Source of the DNA: Candidatus Latescibacterota bacterium
GTDB lineage: Bacteria > Latescibacterota > UBA2968 > UBA8231
DNA length: 64,000 bases
Reading direction: 5' to 3'
NCBI GenBank assembly: GCA_965203355.1
Contig: OZ241889.1
Span: forward strand, 1,856,001-1,920,000
Within the stretch, counting starts at the first letter, position 1; each line of letters starts with the position of its first letter. Shown here one piece after another: positions 17,049 through 26,829 of the stretch. The position numbers and the translations under genes were made by a program. The notes beneath the pieces were generated by a model. It was given only the letters and a program-made list of their open reading frames with translations, ran no database searches and was not told the origin of the DNA.

Positions 17049-20000
17049 ATGACGGTCTGGGCTGGACTTATCGCGCTGGGATTGGGGCTAGGAGCTAGCC
17101 TTTTCCTACCGGTGCCGCAAAATCTGAAGACCAGTTTTGACGCCGGACAATCTCTCTACGCCCTTGGCGAGTTTGAAGGGGCGATCATTGAGTATTCAAA
17201 GATCGTCAAGTTTGACAGTAAGGCCGTGCGTACCGACAGTGTGCGGGTAGTGTTTGGCAACGGCTTGGAATTGCCCGTAGTTGCGGCAGCTTGGTATCAG
17301 CTAGGCAACGCCTACAAAAAGAGCGGGCAACACGAAGAAGCGGTAGGATCCTATCGCCAAGTTCTCGACGTAGGCAGCGTCGCCGAGGATTTCAAGTCCT
17401 TGGTGCAGTTCCAAGTTGCTGAGACTCGCTTCCTCGCCAAAGAGTATGGCGAGGCCGCAAAGGAATACAAGCGATATGTCGAGTTGTTCCCCGATACGCC
17501 GGAAGCTGGCAAGGCGTATTTTTACGCGGGCTGGAGCGAGTTTAATACAAAAGAATACGACCAATCCATCGAAACGCTCAACGGCATGTTGGCGGCTTAT
17601 CCGCAAGATCGTTATGCGTCGGATTCGCAGTTCCGTATCGCCAGTTCCTTTTACGAGAAGGGCGAGTATGCCAAAGCCGTTGAGATGGCCCAGATAATCC
17701 TCGATAAGTATCCCAATAGTCCGGTTATTGCCCAGGCCCTTTATCTAGAGGCTAACGCCTACGACCAGATGGGGCGCGACGAGGAGGCAATTAAAGCCTA
17801 CCGCGATGTGCGCAATCTCTACGACCGGATGTTTGAACTCTTGCGCGGTTCGTTTCGCGAGGGTAAAAATGTCGATTTTGAAAACTATCGACAGCTTTTT
17901 GAGACTTCCTCGTTGCGCGTTGCTGAGATCTTCCGCAAAACAGACCAATTTGAGGAAGCCTACCAAGAGTTGATCGCCGCCCAAGAAACCGCTGAGGAAC
18001 GCTTTTATAAAGCCAAGGTGCAGATGAGAATCGGCGACAACTACATGGAGTGGGAGAAATTCGACGAGGCTTGGACTGCTTACAACCAAGTGATTGAACT
18101 CTACGGGGATACGCCTTATCCGCCGAACGCTCAGTATCAGAAAGGCGAAGCCAAGTACTTCGCCGGAGACTACGCTGCTGCCCGTGAAGACTACCTACAA
18201 CTGCTGGAGGACTACCCGGATAGCGATACGGGTTTGCGCTCCGCAGCACTCTATAGCGCAGGTTGGTCTGCCGAGAAACTCGGCGTGGTGGAGCTGGCTA
18301 TCGCAAGCTACACGCGGGCAGTGGACAACTTTCCCCGCTCCGACCAGGCACCATTGTGCTTATTGCGCATCGCTCGTCTAAACTACGAGCAGCAGAAAGT
18401 TGAGGAGGCCATTGAAGCCTATAAGGCTATAACGGAAAGCTATCAGGATACGCGGCACATAGCTGATGCTTACTATGGCCTTGGTATTCTCTACCGAGAC
18501 GAAGATCGGAAAGACGAAGCCATCGTTGCTTTTTCCAAGGTTGACCGCGATGCCCGCGAGACGTACATCGCTGCGCTGATTGAGGCGGCTAATCTCTACA
18601 TTTCTCAAGATCGCATCGCCGAGGGGCGTAAGCTGCTCAATCAACTGCTAGAAGGTGTGACCGGCGACCGCGATTTGGAGGCTAGAGCCCATTTCCAGAT
18701 GGCCCAACTCGATCTCAATAATAAAAATTACGTTGATGCAGTCGAGCGCTATACTATGGTACTTGAAGAGTACCCAGAAAGCGATGTCATTCGCGACACC
18801 CGCTACGGACGTGCATTGGCCTATCACTATTCGGGCCGTTATGACCGTGCGTTGCTTGATTACAAATGGCTATTGGACACTAAAGTTCCCCCAGCTATGC
18901 AGCTAAAGGTCTCCTTCTCGATGGCACTGTCGTACTCGGCGGAAGGCAATGACGACGAAGCGGAGAAACTGCTGAACGAGGTCGTTGCTTCAGGAGACGA
19001 GAGCTTGGTGCGTTCGGCGCGGCTGCAGCTAATCTCAATGGCCGAGAAGAAGGGCAATCCAGAGGAAGCGGTGCGCATCTATGAAGAGATGTTGGCTACT
19101 ACTACCTCGAGTGAAGACCGGGAGCGTTTACTAATTCGCTTGGCCAATGCCTACTTCAAACTGGATAAGTTCCAACAGAGTATTGAAGCAGCCCAGGCAC
19201 TCATTGACTTGGCCATCAATGCTGAGAGTATTGCCAATGCGCTCTTTGTCCAAGGCAACTGTTTCTACCGATCCGAGCAGTTCGTCCAAGCGATTGCCAC
19301 GTATAACACCATCATCGAAAATTACCCGCAGATTGCTTGGGCCAGAAATGCCCAATTCCAAATAGGCGTAGCTTATAACAAACTATCGGCTAACGGCAAT
19401 GTTGACGTGCTACCAGCAATGTCCCAAGCGTTTAATACTTACTACACCCAATATCCTGACGACGAGCGCGCTGTGCATGCCTACTACTACGATGCTTGGG
19501 CGCATTATCGGATGGGTAAATGGCGCGATGCCAGCGATATTTTTGCTAACCTAGCAGATAAATATCCGCAGTCTCGCTATGCGTCTGAGGCGCTTTTTCG
19601 TGCTGGCGATGCTCTGTTCAACATGACCAATAGAAGCGGCGTGGAGAACAAAAACCAGCACTACCTAGATGCCATGGGCTACTACGACCGAATCATTGGG
19701 CGCTATTCTCAGTCGGCCCATGTGGACGATGCTCTCTACAACAAGGCTTGGTGTCTGATCAACCTTGACCGCAAGGAAGAAGCGGTGCCAATCTTCGAGA
19801 GAATAGTTGCTGAACATCCCAACGGTACGTATGGGCCCCGTAGCCAGTTTACGCTCGGAGATTACTATTACGGCCTCAAGGATTACGAAAAGGCCACCGA
19901 AAGCTACCAGACTTTCTTGGATCGCTTTCCCGCTGACAAGTTGATTGCCCAAGACCGGGCACTGCCGAACAAGGCAAGGACTCTGCTCGGACATTTGGCT

Positions 20001-20294
20001 GAGATCGATGCCTACAATCTTTATGCAACAGGCGAACAGCTTTTGGCCGAGAAAAATTACGACGAGGCCGTGGCGATCTTCAAGGAAGTGCAGCAGAAGT
20101 ATCCCACGAGCGATCAGGCTGTCAATTCACTAGTCAACATCGGTGCCGCCTATATGGCCCAGGAGGAATTCCGTTTGGCTGGTGCCGTCTTTCAGGAAGT
20201 CGTCGACAAATATGGCGACAACTCCAAATACGTACCGCAGGTGGACTATGCCAGAGAACAGCTACAGGTAATGCAAGAAGCTCGCGTCCTTTAA
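17049..20294 (+). CDS. 1081-aa TPR protein (BamD/YfiO/CpoB-like TPR_6 repeats), N-terminally anchored
   Basis: N-terminal hydrophobic segment; long run of TPR pairs with repeated YP.S..A..A.(F/Y) turns. Confidence 0.85.
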   Translation: MTVWAGLIALGLGLGASLFLPVPQNLKTSFDAGQSLYALGEFEGAIIEYSKIVKFDSKAVRTDSVRVVFGNGLELPVVAAAWYQLGNAYKKSGQHEEAVGSYRQVLDVGSVAEDFKSLVQFQVAETRFLAKEYGEAAKEYKRYVELFPDTPEAGKAYFYAGWSEFNTKEYDQSIETLNGMLAAYPQDRYASDSQFRIASSFYEKGEYAKAVEMAQIILDKYPNSPVIAQALYLEANAYDQMGRDEEAIKAYRDVRNLYDRMFELLRGSFREGKNVDFENYRQLFETSSLRVAEIFRKTDQFEEAYQELIAAQETAEERFYKAKVQMRIGDNYMEWEKFDEAWTAYNQVIELYGDTPYPPNAQYQKGEAKYFAGDYAAAREDYLQLLEDYPDSDTGLRSAALYSAGWSAEKLGVVELAIASYTRAVDNFPRSDQAPLCLLRIARLNYEQQKVEEAIEAYKAITESYQDTRHIADAYYGLGILYRDEDRKDEAIVAFSKVDRDARETYIAALIEAANLYISQDRIAEGRKLLNQLLEGVTGDRDLEARAHFQMAQLDLNNKNYVDAVERYTMVLEEYPESDVIRDTRYGRALAYHYSGRYDRALLDYKWLLDTKVPPAMQLKVSFSMALSYSAEGNDDEAEKLLNEVVASGDESLVRSARLQLISMAEKKGNPEEAVRIYEEMLATTTSSEDRERLLIRLANAYFKLDKFQQSIEAAQALIDLAINAESIANALFVQGNCFYRSEQFVQAIATYNTIIENYPQIAWARNAQFQIGVAYNKLSANGNVDVLPAMSQAFNTYYTQYPDDERAVHAYYYDAWAHYRMGKWRDASDIFANLADKYPQSRYASEALFRAGDALFNMTNRSGVENKNQHYLDAMGYYDRIIGRYSQSAHVDDALYNKAWCLINLDRKEEAVPIFERIVAEHPNGTYGPRSQFTLGDYYYGLKDYEKATESYQTFLDRFPADKLIAQDRALPNKARTLLGHLAEIDAYNLYATGEQLLAEKNYDEAVAIFKEVQQKYPTSDQAVNSLVNIGAAYMAQEEFRLAGAVFQEVVDKYGDNSKYVPQVDYAREQLQVMQEARVL

Positions 20295-20337
20295 CTTTTG
20301 CTTTTTTTGCGTCTTAACTCTTAAGGAGGGAAAAGAA

Positions 20338-20991
20338 ATGATTGAACTTTTTCGCGAAGGCGGACCTTTTATGTGGCCTTTGGCACTCTGGTCTATGCTT
20401 TCTATTGCGTTCTTTCTCGAGCGTATTTATACGTATGCACGGCTGCGCTCCGAGGACCAATTGGCCGAAATCACCAATGATATCAACGCGCGTATAGATT
20501 CGGGTGCATCCATTGACCAACTCAAGGAATACTGCACCGAAGTTAGCAAACTAGAAGGCGAGGTGTACGGCGAGGGACTTGAGCGCTTTGAACACTTGTC
20601 GCGCGAGCAGCGCACGATGGAGGAGATGCGCGAGGAAATGAACGGTACGGTTGAACGGGCCGCTTTGGGGTATCTCGAACGGTATTTAGCCGTTATCGAC
20701 TTCGTTTCCAAGTCCGTGGTGTTGCTTGGTCTGCTGGGCACGGTCAACGGTATGATCAACGCGTTTGAAGGTATTGCGGAAAAGGGGCTTGGTGAACCGA
20801 CGATCGTAGCCGCAGGTATTTCCGAAGCACTAATCACTACAGTTACCGGTCTGGTGATCGCCGTGCCTTCAATCGCTATCTTCACGTATTTTAGCAACCG
20901 TGCCACGGGCAAGTCTGTTCAGTTTGAAGCATATGGCCACGGTTTTGTGGACGCTCTGCTACGTCGTTGGCAAGGTACGCAAGCTGCCTAA
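20338..20991 (+). CDS. exbB: MotA/TolQ/ExbB proton-channel protein
   Basis: GGPFMWPL; LLGLLGTVNGMI; GISEALITTVTGLVIAVP. Confidence 0.9.
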   Translation: MIELFREGGPFMWPLALWSMLSIAFFLERIYTYARLRSEDQLAEITNDINARIDSGASIDQLKEYCTEVSKLEGEVYGEGLERFEHLSREQRTMEEMREEMNGTVERAALGYLERYLAVIDFVSKSVVLLGLLGTVNGMINAFEGIAEKGLGEPTIVAAGISEALITTVTGLVIAVPSIAIFTYFSNRATGKSVQFEAYGHGFVDALLRRWQGTQAA

Positions 20992-21020
20992 GGCAGCTCT
21001 TCTTAGGAGGCATGAGATAG

Positions 21021-21428
21021 ATGGCTGAGAGAGTAGAAAAAAAAGAACTGACCATGCCCGATCTGACTCCGATGATTGACGTGGTCTTTCAGCTACTCAT
21101 CTTCTTTATGGTAACCGCTGTGTTCGCCATTACTCCGGGTTTGGATATTAAATTGCCCGAGGCCGAAGAGGCCCAGGCCCCGGAGAAGGAGAACCTCTTT
21201 ATCGTCGTGGATCAGGACGGCAACATGAAGTTGAACCACAAGTCGGTGACCTTTGCAACTCTCAAAGAGGAATTGCAAGCGAAGAGACAGCTGTTGGACA
21301 ACACCACGATGATTATCATCCAAGGAGACGAGCGCTCCACGCATGGGCAAATCGTCCAGATCATGGACATTGCCCGCCAAGTGGGCGTCGTTGATCAGGT
21401 CATCGCCACGGAACCGCAACGCAACTGA
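21021..21428 (+). CDS. exbD: ExbD/TolR biopolymer transport protein
   Basis: DLTPMIDVVFQLLIFFMV with the conserved TM Asp; IKLP; IQGD...HG.IVQIMD. Confidence 0.92.
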   Translation: MAERVEKKELTMPDLTPMIDVVFQLLIFFMVTAVFAITPGLDIKLPEAEEAQAPEKENLFIVVDQDGNMKLNHKSVTFATLKEELQAKRQLLDNTTMIIIQGDERSTHGQIVQIMDIARQVGVVDQVIATEPQRN

Positions 21429-21468
21429 ATGAGGTTTCTAGGCCCTGTTAGTAATAGGGAGAAGAACT

Positions 21469-22830
21469 GTGGTAGACGAGTATAAAAAATCAGTACAAGC
21501 CCGGCGCCAAAAAACGGTCTATATGGCTGTCGGTGCGGCTCTTCTCATTCACGTACTCTTCATCCTGTCCAAATGGGTGGTAATCGCCGCCGGTTTGGCA
21601 GGTGCTGGAGTACTGTTGTACGCCTTATATACGGCTACCACCGGCCGTCGGATGAGCATGGGAGTGGCCTTTTTTCTCTCGGTAGCCATCCACGCTGGCG
21701 TCTTCGTTTACGACTATCTCTTTGGCATTGGCGAAGAACAGGAAAAGGAGCAGCTGATTATTTTTCGTGCTCCTCCGCCCATTCTCGAAAAGAATTTCGA
21801 CTTAGCCAAGCGACCTGAGATATCCGAAGTGCAGATGGAGATGATACAGTCGATGGCACCTCCGGATTTGCCGCAGGATATATCGGCGATAGCCGATGTT
21901 AGCGCGGTAGGTAGCGACCTGCTGAGCTCGGTCTTACCCGGTTCGCAGGTCTTGGGTGCCTTTTCGGGGGCCAAGGCCGAAGAGTTGGCCTTCGACGAGG
22001 TCGCGATGATCGAACTGGCGGAAACGTCGGCACCAGTGCAAGAGGCGATGAGCCTGAGGCACGAATTGCTCAATGTCGGCGACTTAGACATCGGTCGCTA
22101 TCAAGCGATCTTGATTCATGATCCCGACAATAAACGCAATATCCGTGGCTTCTTTAACATGACAGTCATTGACTATGATATCGCAGACAAGAATAGCGAT
22201 CGGTTCCCAACTGCGGTAGAGGAGTTGATGCGCTATATGCGCGATCATACCCAAATTAATGCCCGAATCGAGGGCACGACTTTGGAATTTTCGGATCCGC
22301 GCATCATGGAAGCTCCCATGATTTATGTGACGGGCAACGACGCTGTCTTGCAAATCAGCGATACAGAGAAAACCAACCTAGGCGACTATCTCAAAAACGG
22401 TGGTTTTCTCTATGCCGAGGAAATTCGCCAAAGCGACGCTGAGAACGGACTTGAAGGCAAAGAAGCCGGAGTTTCGGGTACGCCGTTTGACCGCCAGTTC
22501 AAAGCCCTAATGAAAGATCCGCTAGTGTTGGGTAGCGACGGCTCCAAGTGGCAGAAAATGCCCAAGAGCCACGATCTCTACTACAGCTTCTGGGATTTTC
22601 CCGATGGTCCGCCTATGGGCGGCGCACCGGCTGGCAATGTGTTCGACTTGGAGATGCTGGAACTGCGCGGTAGGGTTGCGGTGGTCTTCAGCGACTTAAA
22701 TATTAGCTGGTACTGGGGAGACCCGCTAGCCGATGCACGCGAGCGCGGGTTACAGTTCGGGGTCAACCTAATCGTCTATGCGTTGACTCAGCCGGGTGGC
22801 ATCGCCAACGTGACCCAGTTCACTCAATAA
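21469..22830 (+). CDS. TonB/TolA-like membrane-anchored protein with C-terminal DUF4159-like domain
   Basis: TM helix with S-x3-H (SVAIH); acidic/Pro-containing linker; C-terminal PMIYVTG, NLGDYLKNGGFLY and FGVNLIVYALT resemble DUF4159. Confidence 0.7.
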   Translation: MVDEYKKSVQARRQKTVYMAVGAALLIHVLFILSKWVVIAAGLAGAGVLLYALYTATTGRRMSMGVAFFLSVAIHAGVFVYDYLFGIGEEQEKEQLIIFRAPPPILEKNFDLAKRPEISEVQMEMIQSMAPPDLPQDISAIADVSAVGSDLLSSVLPGSQVLGAFSGAKAEELAFDEVAMIELAETSAPVQEAMSLRHELLNVGDLDIGRYQAILIHDPDNKRNIRGFFNMTVIDYDIADKNSDRFPTAVEELMRYMRDHTQINARIEGTTLEFSDPRIMEAPMIYVTGNDAVLQISDTEKTNLGDYLKNGGFLYAEEIRQSDAENGLEGKEAGVSGTPFDRQFKALMKDPLVLGSDGSKWQKMPKSHDLYYSFWDFPDGPPMGGAPAGNVFDLEMLELRGRVAVVFSDLNISWYWGDPLADARERGLQFGVNLIVYALTQPGGIANVTQFTQ

Positions 22831-22856
22831 GCACCCTTAGAATAGCAAGAAGTTCG

Positions 22857-22898
22857 GATGCCCTACTGGTAAATCGACCGGTAGGGCATCTTTATTTT
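22857..22898 (+). terminator. Rho-independent terminator ending the rightward operon
   Basis: GATGCCCTACTGGT / ACCGGTAGGGCATC 14-bp stem (one G-U pair) followed by TTTATTTT. Confidence 0.85.
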
Positions 22899-22914
22899 GA
22901 CCATTCCCTTCCAC

Positions 22915-24204
22915 TCACACCGATCCCCTTATCTGATCCCAGACATCGAAGTATGTCGGAAAAGTTTTGCCGACGCATCCTGGATCATTGATGTGGATTC
23001 CGGGCACTCGCAATCCGACTAGAGCAAAACTCATAGCTACTCGGTGATCCTTATAGGTGTCGATGCTGCTGCTTTTGGGGGTAGAAGGCGCGATAGTAGC
23101 ACCATCCTGGTGTTCTTCTACTTCTACGCCGAGCCGGCGCAGTTGGGCGACCATAGCGGCAATCCGGTCCGTTTCCTGCCAGCGCGTATGCTCGATGTTG
23201 CGGATACGCACTGGATCCTTGGCAAAAGGAGCGATCGCGGCCAGCGTCAATGAGGTGTCTGATAGGGCCTTCATATCGACGTCTATGCCTCTGAGTTGAT
23301 CCGGCCCGATCACCTCAACGCCGCGGGCGTAACGGTTGACCGTGCAGCCCATCTTCTCGAGCACATCAACGAAGTGGATATCGCCTTGGGCTGAGTCGGC
23401 GGCAATATCGGCTACGCGTACCCGACCACCGGTGAGCGCAGCGGCGGCAAAGAAGTACGAGGCGTTGGAAGCATCTGGCTCAATGGCGTAGGCACGGGGC
23501 GTATAGCATTGGCCGCCAGCGACGCGAAAGCGCTGGTATTCGTCGTGCTCGACCTCGACCCCAAATGCCTGCATTACCGCCATAGTGATGTCGATATATT
23601 CTGTCTTGAACTCGCTGACTATTTCGATTTCTAAGCCGTTGTCGGCGTAGGGAGCGACGAGCAGCAGCGAAGTGAGGAACTGGCTGCTCTTGCTGGCGTC
23701 GAGCCGGGTTTTTCCACCTCTGAACCCCTTGGCTTGCACCTCTATGGGTAGGCAGTCATTGGCGAAGCGCGAACGAGCGTCGACACCGAGTTGGCCGAGT
23801 GCATCGAGCAGATCCGCCATCGGGCGGTGCTGGCGCATGGGCGCGTCGCCGTCGATGACGAAGGTCCCATTGCCAAGCGCAACATAGCTTGTGATCGACC
23901 GCGAAGTGGTGCCCGAATTGCCGATATACAGTTCGGCACCATCAACGGGAATCCGTCCTCCATTGCCTGTAACCACGAAGCTGGCCGCCTGTGGATCGGC
24001 CTGTATGGAGACACCGAGCTTGCGCAGTGCTTGGGCCATGTAGTCGGTATCGTCGCTAAAGAGTGCGCCCGTAAGGTGCGATTCTCCGTTGGCTAGTGCT
24101 GCGACTAGCAGTGCCCGGTTGGTATAGCTTTTGGATCCGGGAACGGAGACTTCGGCGTCGAGCGGTTTTTGCAGGGGTTGTATTTCGAGTGAATCAGCGT
24201 TCAT
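22915..24204 (-). CDS. aroA: 3-phosphoshikimate 1-carboxyvinyltransferase (EPSP synthase)
   Basis: PGSKSYTNRAL, GNSGT, SSQFLTSLL, EPDASNASYF, ETDRI, DHRVAM, KTFP. Confidence 0.97.
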   Translation of the reverse strand: MNADSLEIQPLQKPLDAEVSVPGSKSYTNRALLVAALANGESHLTGALFSDDTDYMAQALRKLGVSIQADPQAASFVVTGNGGRIPVDGAELYIGNSGTTSRSITSYVALGNGTFVIDGDAPMRQHRPMADLLDALGQLGVDARSRFANDCLPIEVQAKGFRGGKTRLDASKSSQFLTSLLLVAPYADNGLEIEIVSEFKTEYIDITMAVMQAFGVEVEHDEYQRFRVAGGQCYTPRAYAIEPDASNASYFFAAAALTGGRVRVADIAADSAQGDIHFVDVLEKMGCTVNRYARGVEVIGPDQLRGIDVDMKALSDTSLTLAAIAPFAKDPVRIRNIEHTRWQETDRIAAMVAQLRRLGVEVEEHQDGATIAPSTPKSSSIDTYKDHRVAMSFALVGLRVPGIHINDPGCVGKTFPTYFDVWDQIRGSV

Positions 24205-24357
24205 GTTTAGTTAAACGTGAGATGGCATGATGCAAGTGGATCGAGACCAGGCATAATTTGGTATCTCGCGGTGTTCTAGGCAATGCCTGCTTGGGAGGTC
24301 TTGGGCTGGAGGACGCTGGTGTTTTCCTCTACATTTATTCGCGAAAGGAATGCGTCA

Positions 24358-25254
24358 ATGCCATCAGTCAAGCAGCCGGACGAGATTAAAAATTTACTCG
24401 AAGGTCCGGTCAACTCCATCCCCACCACATTTTTGCCCAACGGCCAACTAGATTGGGAGGGCATCGGCCGCATAATCGACATCGGCATCGCTAGCGGCAG
24501 TAAGGTCAGCTTGCTGACCTACGGGGATAGCCAGTTCGAATTCCTCAGCGATGAAGAAGTCGCCCAACTCACCCGCTTTTTGGTTGACCGGGTCGCCGGA
24601 CGAGTGCTGACGGTGGCGGCCACTCGGCGCTGGCCAGACGATCGGGCGGTCCAATTCGCCGAGTATTGCCGCAGTTGGGGAGCCGACGTGCTGATGGTGT
24701 TGCCGCCGGAACAAGCCCAGCCGCAGGGCAAGATCGTTCAATACCGCAAAGTCGCCCAAGTCATGCCCTTGATGTTGGTGGGGTGTCCGCCCTATGAAAT
24801 TCTCGATGCGCTCCTCGACGCGCCCAACATTTGCGCCTTCAAAGAAGACGGCACACTCGAATACGCGAAGACGACTATGCGCCGCTATGGAGATCGATGG
24901 AAGTTCATGACCGGCGGCGGTCTATGGCGCAATTTCGCACAATGGCCCTGCGGCATTCGCGCCTTCTTTTGTTATCCATCTTCGTTTGCGCCCCACGTAA
25001 CACAAAGCTACTGGCGGGCCTTCCAAGCCGGCGACGCCAAAACGGCCCAGACCATCATCACCCAAATCGAAGAACCCTTCTGGGGAGTGGCCACCGATGT
25101 GGTAGGCGGCGGTCAGGCTGTGTGGCGCACCGCGCTTGAACTCAACGGCATTGCCTCGCGCTGGTTGCGTCCGCCCATGGTCACGGCCGCGGACGAGGAG
25201 GTGGAGAAAATCGCTGCCGTTTTGGATGCTATCGGGCTGATAAATCCCCTCTGA
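24358..25254 (+). CDS. Dihydrodipicolinate synthase / N-acetylneuraminate lyase family (class I aldolase)
   Basis: IPTTF...G.LD, GAD.LMVLPP, Schiff-base Lys in AFKED, LRPPM; start reset to ATG 24358 after AAGGA. Confidence 0.8.
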   Translation: MPSVKQPDEIKNLLEGPVNSIPTTFLPNGQLDWEGIGRIIDIGIASGSKVSLLTYGDSQFEFLSDEEVAQLTRFLVDRVAGRVLTVAATRRWPDDRAVQFAEYCRSWGADVLMVLPPEQAQPQGKIVQYRKVAQVMPLMLVGCPPYEILDALLDAPNICAFKEDGTLEYAKTTMRRYGDRWKFMTGGGLWRNFAQWPCGIRAFFCYPSSFAPHVTQSYWRAFQAGDAKTAQTIITQIEEPFWGVATDVVGGGQAVWRTALELNGIASRWLRPPMVTAADEEVEKIAAVLDAIGLINPL

Positions 25255-25342
25255 GACGAGCGATTCTTCTAAGAATCGAGAATAGCTATTCTATGTGGCA
25301 CCGTGCCGGAGATGCTGAAGGCTAATTGATGCGGAGGAAATC

Positions 25343-25804
25343 ATGGCCAGTCATCTTGAGGATGTCGAATACAAAGACGGTAAAAAACACGGCCCTTGGG
25401 TGCTGTACTACGCCGACGGTGGCAAGCGGCGCGAAGGTACCTTTGACATGGGCAAGAAGACGGGCAAATGGATCGAGTACCACAGAAATGGCAAACCCGC
25501 CAGCATCAATCACTACCAAGAAAATCAGCTCACCGGCGACCACGTAGCTTACTATGAAAACGGCAACCGGAAACAGACCGGGCAATTCAACGAATACCGC
25601 GGCAAAAGCACAGACGGGCGCAAGAAGGGCATTTGGACTTTTTACGCCGCGGATGGCGAGACGGTCTGGCGGCGTATTACCTATAAAGACGGCCGCCGCT
25701 GCCGCGAGGACGATCATCCCCTCGGCTTGTGCCCGGATTGCGACAAGCCGGTAGAATCGCCCGCGTGGGAACACTGCCCCCGCTGCGACGCTGAGTTGAT
25801 CTAA
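25343..25804 (+). CDS. MORN-variant (YwqK-like) repeat protein with C-terminal zinc ribbon
   Basis: G.W..Y..(N/D)G repeats; CPDC...CPRC tail; GGAGG RBS. Confidence 0.75.
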   Translation: MASHLEDVEYKDGKKHGPWVLYYADGGKRREGTFDMGKKTGKWIEYHRNGKPASINHYQENQLTGDHVAYYENGNRKQTGQFNEYRGKSTDGRKKGIWTFYAADGETVWRRITYKDGRRCREDDHPLGLCPDCDKPVESPAWEHCPRCDAELI

Positions 25805-26079
25805 AGGTTCATTTGCAAACCGACCCGCAATTATAGGAGAACGCCGCCCGTTCCCATGACCGCAGGGCAGAAGTTTTTCTTGCCTTCTGTGCTGTCTGAG
25901 GCGGAAATCGCAAGGGTACGATGGTGTTAAAAAGGGCTACCTCAACCACGAAAGCCGCCCACGTGCCGCTTGCCGCTTCGCGGCACGTGGCAAATAGGTG
26001 GCGATAATCGTTCCGTTTGACGCGCCGTGATTTTGCTTTTGCGGGTCCTGCTCTTGCTGCCGAGCCAAATTGGAGAACT

Positions 26080-26793
26080 GTGAACCTACTGCGAAAATGC
26101 GCGGCTGAATTCATCGGCGCGTTTGCCATTGTCTTTGCCGGCTGCGGGGCCGTGGCCATTGACCAGATTTCCGGCGGGGCCGTGAGCCATGTGGGGGTTG
26201 CCGCCACGTTTGGGCTGGTCATTATGGCGATGATCTACGCTACCGGCCACATTTCCGGGGCGCATTTCAATCCGGCCGTGACCCTTGCGTTCGCCTTGAC
26301 GCGGCATTTCCCTAAAAGGGAGATCGCGCCCTATGTCGTGGCCCAGTGCGCCGGGGCTGTGGTGGCCAGCTATGTGCATGTGACGAGTTTGTCGTCGGTT
26401 TTGGTCGCCACGCAATCTGGACGGGTGCTGAACTTGGGGGCCACTCTGCCGGTGGACGGTCGGTTCACCACGGCCTTCGTGTGGGAGTTCATGCTGACCT
26501 TTTTGTTGATGCTGGTCATTATGAGCATGGCGACCGATTTTCGCGCTGTGGGGCCAGCGGCCGGTCTAGCTATTGGCGGCACTGTGGGGCTGGAGGCCAT
26601 GTTCGCCGGACCGTTGTGCGGGGCCTCAATGAATCCTGCCCGCAGCTTAGGTCCAGCCCTGATGGCCGGCGAATGGACGGCTTTTGCTGCATACGTCGTC
26701 GGTCCGGTGCTCGGGGCTGCGGCTGGTGCGCTGTTCTACGAATTCATTCGCTGTCAGGCGTCTTCCGACCAAGAGGTGAAGGGCTGTTGCTGA
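26080..26793 (+). CDS. MIP-family aquaporin (NIP/AqpN-like)
   Basis: AEFIG, HISGAHFNPAVT, GASMNPARS; GTG start after GGAGA; ends KGCC. Confidence 0.92.
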   Translation: MNLLRKCAAEFIGAFAIVFAGCGAVAIDQISGGAVSHVGVAATFGLVIMAMIYATGHISGAHFNPAVTLAFALTRHFPKREIAPYVVAQCAGAVVASYVHVTSLSSVLVATQSGRVLNLGATLPVDGRFTTAFVWEFMLTFLLMLVIMSMATDFRAVGPAAGLAIGGTVGLEAMFAGPLCGASMNPARSLGPALMAGEWTAFAAYVVGPVLGAAAGALFYEFIRCQASSDQEVKGCC

Positions 26794-26829
26794 ATCCGCA
26801 GAAAGCCCAAGCGTCCGTCTCGTTGATCG

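Noticed and set aside
20338-21428. Calling the motor genes tolQ/tolR or flagellar motA/motB
   Set aside because: There is no tolB or pal nearby and no OmpA-like peptidoglycan-binding domain. ExbB/ExbD-like is the most the sequence supports.
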